Shown: positions 59,319-64,000 of the stretch, piece after piece
Layout: each line of letters starts with the position of its first letter
Numbering within the stretch: the stretch's first letter is position 1
Source of the DNA: a bacterium
GTDB lineage: Bacteria; UBA8248
Length of the DNA: 64,000 nucleotides
Assembly: GCA_965207065.1 (NCBI GenBank)
Contig: OZ242260.1
Location: 3,264,001-3,328,000, forward strand
Reading direction: 5' to 3'
Position numbers and translations under genes: made by a program
The notes under the pieces: generated by a model
The model's input: only the letters and a program-made list of their open reading frames with translations
Told to the model about the DNA's origin: nothing
Database searches by the model: none

Positions 59319-59630
59319 ATGATGATGATGGTCATTCTACACTATCCCGCCGTCGCGCCCACGCTCGCCGAGGTCCGCGCGGACAAGGAACAGGCCGCCG
59401 CCTTTTTCGAGAACGAGGTGCCCGGCCTCATCGACAAGACGTGGGGCATGAACGAGGAGACGGGGCGCATGGCGTCCGTCTACCATTTCGAGGACAAGGC
59501 CACCGCCGACGCCTGGTTCAACTCCGAGAAACAGCGCAGCTTCCGCCGGGCGAACAACGCGAGCCTCGAATACTTCGACGTAGCGGCGATCGCGTATACG
59601 AAGCCGCTGAGGGAAGAAGCCACGGCGTAG
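59319..59630 (+). CDS. YdhR-like dimeric alpha/beta-barrel protein (putative monooxygenase)
   Basis: VPGLIDKTW...YHFED..TADAW pattern; AGGAGG RBS. Confidence 0.7.
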   Translation: MMMMVILHYPAVAPTLAEVRADKEQAAAFFENEVPGLIDKTWGMNEETGRMASVYHFEDKATADAWFNSEKQRSFRRANNASLEYFDVAAIAYTKPLREEATA

Positions 59631-59653
59631 GGTTTCGTAGGGATGGGGAAGTG

Positions 59654-59725
59654 GTAGGGACAGGTCGCGACCTGTCCCTACAAAATCAATTATGCCTTCG
59701 TAGGGGCGGACCTAGGTGTCCGCCC
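59654..59725. repeat. Two GTAG-type REPs
   Basis: Perfect palindrome GTAGGGACAGGTCGCGACCTGTCCCTAC (59654-59681) and GTAGGGGCGGACCTAGGTGTCCGCCC (59700-59725). Confidence 0.8.
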
Positions 59726-59756
59726 TGTTTGTTGGGATATATTCGGCTTTCAAACA

Positions 59757-60632
59757 TCAAGACAAAGATTCCAAAGAAATCGCTATTTTACTATCCACTT
59801 CTACGGCATAAGCCTTTTCATTTATGACTTGCAAATTGAATTGGGCCGGGTTTGGGAGAATAGCGGATTTCTTTAGAGCATCCGCCACGACTAGTTCAAT
59901 GTTGTCAATAATCCATTGTTGTGCCGAACGAACCCAACTGACATGACGAGATGATTCTAACTGTGCATGAATACTGCTACCTGCTGATGTCATTCCTCCA
60001 CCAGGGGCGTAATAAGAAATTCCATCTTCTATTTCTATGTAACAGTTCATATTTGCCTTCCGCAGAGCTTTGATTTCTTCGTCGGAATAGCGGTTTCCCT
60101 TGAATCCGTTGAGTTGATATCGGCTTAGCAAATCCGGCCAATTATGATGTATCGTCTTGATTAATTTCTGAGATGTAAAATCTTCATGTGAAAGAACGTC
60201 GATGAAATAAGCAAATTCTTTTTCGAAAAGACAATAAAGTAGAGGACTAGTGCGTTCTGCAAATCCATCTGGCTCAACCTTTCTACCAAGATGCAAATGA
60301 TGTATCCCCCAATCATTCAACAATAAGTCATTGTAATTCAGGTCACAGATTTTCTTACTCAAATAAGGGTTTATATTACCGCCACTTTCTATGAGGCGCT
60401 CAATCCTTTTGAGAATGTCATTAAATTCGGGAGCGTGCGAGAAATTCTTTGACTTGAAAACCTGACGAGGTTCCAATGATATCAAACGCCTGTAGATGTT
60501 GAAATATACGCGTATTATTTCCTCACTATTGGCAATGCTGCTTACATCATAGCCTATACGGGCGAGTTCAGAGCGGTAAAGCATCACAAAGTCACTGTAA
60601 AGATCTATTTTGACCAACCTAGATTTAGCCAT
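59757..60632 (-). CDS. AT-rich hypothetical protein with a YafO-like His motif
   Basis: 291 aa ORF with DWGIHHLHLG...RTSPLLY...FIDVLSH; 18 bp downstream of the preceding gene. Confidence 0.7.
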   Translation of the reverse strand: MAKSRLVKIDLYSDFVMLYRSELARIGYDVSSIANSEEIIRVYFNIYRRLISLEPRQVFKSKNFSHAPEFNDILKRIERLIESGGNINPYLSKKICDLNYNDLLLNDWGIHHLHLGRKVEPDGFAERTSPLLYCLFEKEFAYFIDVLSHEDFTSQKLIKTIHHNWPDLLSRYQLNGFKGNRYSDEEIKALRKANMNCYIEIEDGISYYAPGGGMTSAGSSIHAQLESSRHVSWVRSAQQWIIDNIELVVADALKKSAILPNPAQFNLQVINEKAYAVEVDSKIAISLESLS

Positions 60633-60650
60633 GCGCCTGAACGGTTTCCT

Positions 60651-61625
60651 TCAATCGCCCATATTTCCCTGATGCTTGCGCCAAAGATAGCTAGCGAAAG
60701 AAGCGCATGCGCCAAGCATAAACACTGCCTCATCCATGCCTACATTGGCTTCTGTTTGATCTTTTAGCGCATGTCGAATTCCTGGCTCATCCGAAGAAAA
60801 TGAATAGAGTTTCACAAACGCTTCCTTGAGCGCAGGATGAAACCCTCCGTCATTCTCGATTGATTTCAGGACCAGATCTAGTCTCTTGGTCTTAGGAGCA
60901 AGCGTCCGCGCAACGGACTCTACTGCGTGAATGCTCTCCTTGATGCTCTCCGCCCAGTCACCTTGGTTGATGAATTCAGAAGCATTTTGCAGATGGGTCA
61001 CGCCGCCACTCAAACCGGCTTCTCGAAGAGTTCGTAAGGAGTCGACGAGCGCATCTTTTTCTTCCTGTGTAGCGGCGGGAAGGATTGTCGGTGGTGGGCC
61101 TATTTCTACAATGTAAGCCAGTTTGGAAAGTGTAAATGCTTCCTTCATGTCGTTAATGAAATGGGAGGGACAATCAGGATGACGCATCACAAACTGAATA
61201 AGGTCGAACACTTTATTAAATGCTCGCGTATTTTCGACATAATTTTTAAGATTAGAAGCGATTTGCCCTAAATATTGACCTTCGCCACCTTTAGGTGTAC
61301 CGGCGAAACGTACTTGACGAAATCGAGAAGCAATTTGGCGTAGATGGGCATCCCACTTATCCAATGGGAGACTAAAGTAGTCACTGTGCACAGAACTCAT
61401 AATGTCTCGCCAAGGGTTAATTAGGTAAGGGTATCCCATCAGATCACGATCAACGGACTGGTCAAGGCTTTCGTAAATAACATTCCAAATGTGTGTTCTC
61501 GCTTCTTGGGGCAGTTCTTTCAATTTAAACGGTCCAGGGATCTCCTCGTAACCATTGGCTTGGGAGAAAGTAAGGTTTCGCGTGTCGAGGGGTGTTTCGG
61601 TTGGGTTTTGACCTTGTGAGTTCAT
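60651..61625 (-). CDS. AbiJ-like protein (AbiJ-NTD4-type N-terminus, C-terminal HEPN-like domain)
   Basis: TFSQANGY, RTHIWN, SIKESIHAVESV, HPALKEAFVKLY.FSSDEPGIRHA motifs; start at MNSQG. Confidence 0.75.
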   Translation of the reverse strand: MNSQGQNPTETPLDTRNLTFSQANGYEEIPGPFKLKELPQEARTHIWNVIYESLDQSVDRDLMGYPYLINPWRDIMSSVHSDYFSLPLDKWDAHLRQIASRFRQVRFAGTPKGGEGQYLGQIASNLKNYVENTRAFNKVFDLIQFVMRHPDCPSHFINDMKEAFTLSKLAYIVEIGPPPTILPAATQEEKDALVDSLRTLREAGLSGGVTHLQNASEFINQGDWAESIKESIHAVESVARTLAPKTKRLDLVLKSIENDGGFHPALKEAFVKLYSFSSDEPGIRHALKDQTEANVGMDEAVFMLGACASFASYLWRKHQGNMGD

Positions 61626-61730
61626 TCTTTTGCTTACTTCGTGGGCAATTCGGGCGGGCCAGTACATTATCGCATAAGACGAGCATAACGGCGAGATGTG
61701 GGAAGTTTTGAATAGGGGAGGATGCAAAGC

Positions 61731-61756
61731 GGGCGGACACACGGGTCCGCCCCTAC
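61731..61756. repeat. GTAG-type REP, inverted relative to 59700-59725
   Basis: GGGCGGACACACGGGTCCGCCCCTAC. Confidence 0.75.
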
Positions 61757-61839
61757 GAAAGCGTTGCTCCCAAGGTTGTCCGCAAAACCTGCCACATTTG
61801 TCGAAATTGATGCCGGTAAAAAGATTAAAAGTGAAACGC

Positions 61840-62145
61840 TTAAGAACGCCCCCTTAACACCCGCTTCGAGGCCCTCGTGGCGTGTTCGCGGAGCACGCGG
61901 TTTATCTCGGTCTGGTATCCGCGTCCGTCCGGAGCATTCGCCCGGAACCACGCCACAACGTCGGCGTCTAGCCTGAGCGTGATCTGCTTCTTCAAGGGCC
62001 GGTAGAGGAGGTCGCGTCTGGCGCCCGCCCAATCGAGAGTTTCAGGGAGGTCTCTCGTGTCTATCTCTGCATCGGGTATGGCGGCGAGCGCCTCGATATC
62101 CGTTTTCTGCTCCTTGGTGAGTTCTTTAGAAGTCCCCTCGTTCAT
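61840..62145 (-). CDS. brnA: BrnA-family antitoxin
   Basis: DAEIDTRDLPE...KKQITLRLDADVVAWFR...GYQTEINRVLR. Confidence 0.9.
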   Translation of the reverse strand: MNEGTSKELTKEQKTDIEALAAIPDAEIDTRDLPETLDWAGARRDLLYRPLKKQITLRLDADVVAWFRANAPDGRGYQTEINRVLREHATRASKRVLRGRS

Positions 62146-62220
62146 AGGCTCTCCTCTCGCGCGCCGTGGCTTATCCGGCGCTGATGATGCGGCTCGTCTC
62201 GACGCCGGTATTGCCGTGCG
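62126..62220 (-). pseudogene. brnT: brnT toxin C-terminal remnant with a nonsense codon
   Basis: RIISAG*ATARERRAYERGDF* matches the BrnT RIISARxAxxxERxxY tail; TAA at 62171-62173; 5' part missing. Confidence 0.78.
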
Positions 62221-62228
62221 TTTTTTGG

Positions 62229-62440
62229 GGGGGGTGTTGAAAAAACTCGAAGAACGAGGGCTTGACGTGATCGGGAAGGGGGCGGTTTTTTGTAGGGGCC
62301 AATCCCTCCTCGGGATTGGCCCACGTATTCATGCGGCCCTTTTGATGGGTGGAAAAAAACAGGGTCGCATATATGTCGGACATATATGTCCGACATACAC
62401 ACAAACATATTTTCCCTCTCTGTTATTTTCAACAGCCCCT
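62229..62440. mobile_element. MITE-like element carrying REP hairpins, located at the brnT truncation point
   Basis: Left GGGGGGTGTTGAAAAAA, right TATTTTCAACAGCCCCT; internal GTAGGGGCCAATCCC...GGGATTGGCCC and GTCGGACATATATGTCCGAC. Confidence 0.6.
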
Positions 62441-62575
62441 TGAGGCCGTGCTTGCGCCTGTTCGCGCGATCCTTTTTTCATCCCATTCCCGGCGCAACGC
62501 CCCGGCTCATTTATAACTACGATAATGTAGTTATGAATAAGTATTTCATCAAGCGGCGTCGATGCTGGTGTATAT

Positions 62576-62745
62576 GCAGGGACAGGTCGCGACCTGTCAC
62601 TACCACCGCTACATTTCGAGTAAACCCCTCCTCGGGGTTGTCCTGCCCCCTTGGTTGTCCATTTTGTTTGCCGATAAATCAGGACAGGCGCAGGGGCCTC
62701 GGACAGGCACAGGGGCCTCGGACAGGCACAGGGGCCTATTCCTAC
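62576..62745. repeat. REP module with a 19-bp tandem repeat x3
   Basis: GGACAGGC(G/A)CAGGGGCCTC at 62682, 62701 and 62720; shares CCCCTCCTCGGGGTTGTCCTGCCC with 57972-58066. Confidence 0.8.
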
Positions 62746-62810
62746 TGCGGGCGCCCGGCTTTATTCACGCGGTAAAATCCGCCCGAAACCGACATCCAGA
62801 GAACCCATCC

Positions 62811-63545
62811 TCAATAACCCAGAACGCCGTAGTCACCGTCCAGGATCAGGCGGACCGAGACGTACAGCCCCAGCAGCGGGCACAGTATCCAGGGGGAATT
62901 CATCGCAAGAATGTAGATATACAGCTCGCCCCGGCTGATCCGGGCTTGCCGGTTGGCTACGAAGAAGCTGACCAGGTAGACCGACGTCATGTACGTCAAT
63001 TGCCAGAACAGCATCACGCCGATGATGCCCGCAACGAGGGCGGGCAATATATCGAACGTATAGGCGGTGTAGAGGATCAGCGTCGGCAGCGGCGTTGCGA
63101 AGCCGTTCGCGATATCCACGTTGAAGCCGTAAGTGCGCCGGTCCGCGTAGGAGTCATCGAACTGTGCGTACGTCGCCCAGACGTCCGCCCACAGTGTCGG
63201 CGACAACGTCTTCGCAAGCGGGACTTTCGTGAGGAGGAATTCAGCTGCCGGCGTACCGCCCGTCTCGCACCGCCGCTCGCGCCAATATTCTGCGCGCGCC
63301 TCGATATAGTCTCTTCTTAAGAACAGACACGCCTCCCAATAGCAGATCAACAGGTTGATCGAAAAGAACAGGCTCAGAACGGCATGAATGACGCCGAAAT
63401 CCCCGCGAGCGCAGTAGCGCGCACCGACCCCGGCAGATGCCAGGACAGCGACGACCAGCACGGCGAACAGTACCGCCGGGATCCTCAGTCGACTCTGGCG
63501 CGCGCCTCGTTCGGGATGCGCTCGATCGGTTCGGTATTCGGGCAT
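62811..63545 (-). CDS. EXPERA/emopamil-binding-protein-like membrane protein
   Basis: Several TM helices with YWE, WATYAQFDDSY, NVD, Y.TSVY and MNSPWILCP motifs. Confidence 0.6.
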   Translation of the reverse strand: MPEYRTDRAHPERGARQSRLRIPAVLFAVLVVAVLASAGVGARYCARGDFGVIHAVLSLFFSINLLICYWEACLFLRRDYIEARAEYWRERRCETGGTPAAEFLLTKVPLAKTLSPTLWADVWATYAQFDDSYADRRTYGFNVDIANGFATPLPTLILYTAYTFDILPALVAGIIGVMLFWQLTYMTSVYLVSFFVANRQARISRGELYIYILAMNSPWILCPLLGLYVSVRLILDGDYGVLGY

Positions 63546-63845
63546 GTATCCTGATCCTCGCAGGTAGTCAGGCGTTGGGGCTCCCCGCATTGTAATGGAT
63601 CGGCATCCCCCCGCAATCTAGGACGAATCGTTGCGGCAGGACGAAACATCATCGCAGGCAGGTTGTCATGGACCGGATTTCGGGAGGAAAGCCACGCGAC
63701 AATCCGGCGCGGGCCGGAATCCAGAACCGGTGAGTTGGGGCAGTTAGCGAGTCGCCTTCACAAGGATTGAGAGATGCAGTTCACTCCCCCCTCAGTCGAG
63801 TCCGACACCGGAATGACGAACCAAGGCGAAGGTCATTTTTTTCTA

Positions 63846-63910
63846 TAGGGATAAGTCACGACCTCGGACAGGCGCAGGGGCCTCGGACAGGCGCAGGGGC
63901 CTGTCGCTAC
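63846..63910. repeat. REP module with a 19-bp tandem repeat x2
   Basis: GGACAGGCGCAGGGGCCT at 63866 and 63885, ending GTCGCTAC. Confidence 0.75.
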
Positions 63911-63969
63911 TACTAGCCCCCGCCTTTCTCCCGCGATAGAATCCCCCCGAAGCCGCCGGGAGGGAGATC

Positions 63970-64000
63970 ATGAAAATTTTATGGATGGATGCAATGCTGG
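63970..64000 (+). CDS. Probable start of a gene continuing beyond the window
   Basis: GGAGGGAG RBS followed by ATG; MKILWMDAML is open to the window end. Confidence 0.4.
   Translation, partial: MKILWMDAML

Noticed and set aside
62682-62737. Mini-CRISPR from the 19-bp repeats
   Set aside because: Units are directly tandem with no spacers

Overview
GC-rich bacterial chromosomal window (lineage not determinable; gene content is loosely deltaproteobacterial/Nitrospinota-like). Core genes: a partial TIGR03960-type radical SAM gene, mreBCD-mrdA-rodA, ppiD, glgP, thiD and tRNA-Glu(CTC). Metabolic and transport genes: a sulfatase, four PLP enzymes, TAXI and DctPQM TRAP transporters, an SCS-like CoA ligase pair, phoX and an LLM monooxygenase. 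Intergenic regions are dense in REP/MITE-like elements. Main findings: (1) a sulfur-carrier operon (cysK, Ubl ending GG-R, degenerate E1, cysM, JAMM, E1, Rrf2) whose two ThiF/MoeB genes have complementary losses, suggesting an obligate heterodimeric E1 like eukaryotic NAE1/UBA3 or SAE1/SAE2; (2) an AhpD/CMD selenoprotein (CxxU with a SECIS-like hairpin) that the ORF track splits in two; (3) an AT-rich AbiJ/HEPN-like plus YafO-like candidate defence cassette bracketed by inverted REP copies; (4) two TA loci with dead toxins and intact antitoxins; (5) an EBP/EXPERA-like membrane protein. All family calls come from motif recognition by eye, not database searches.
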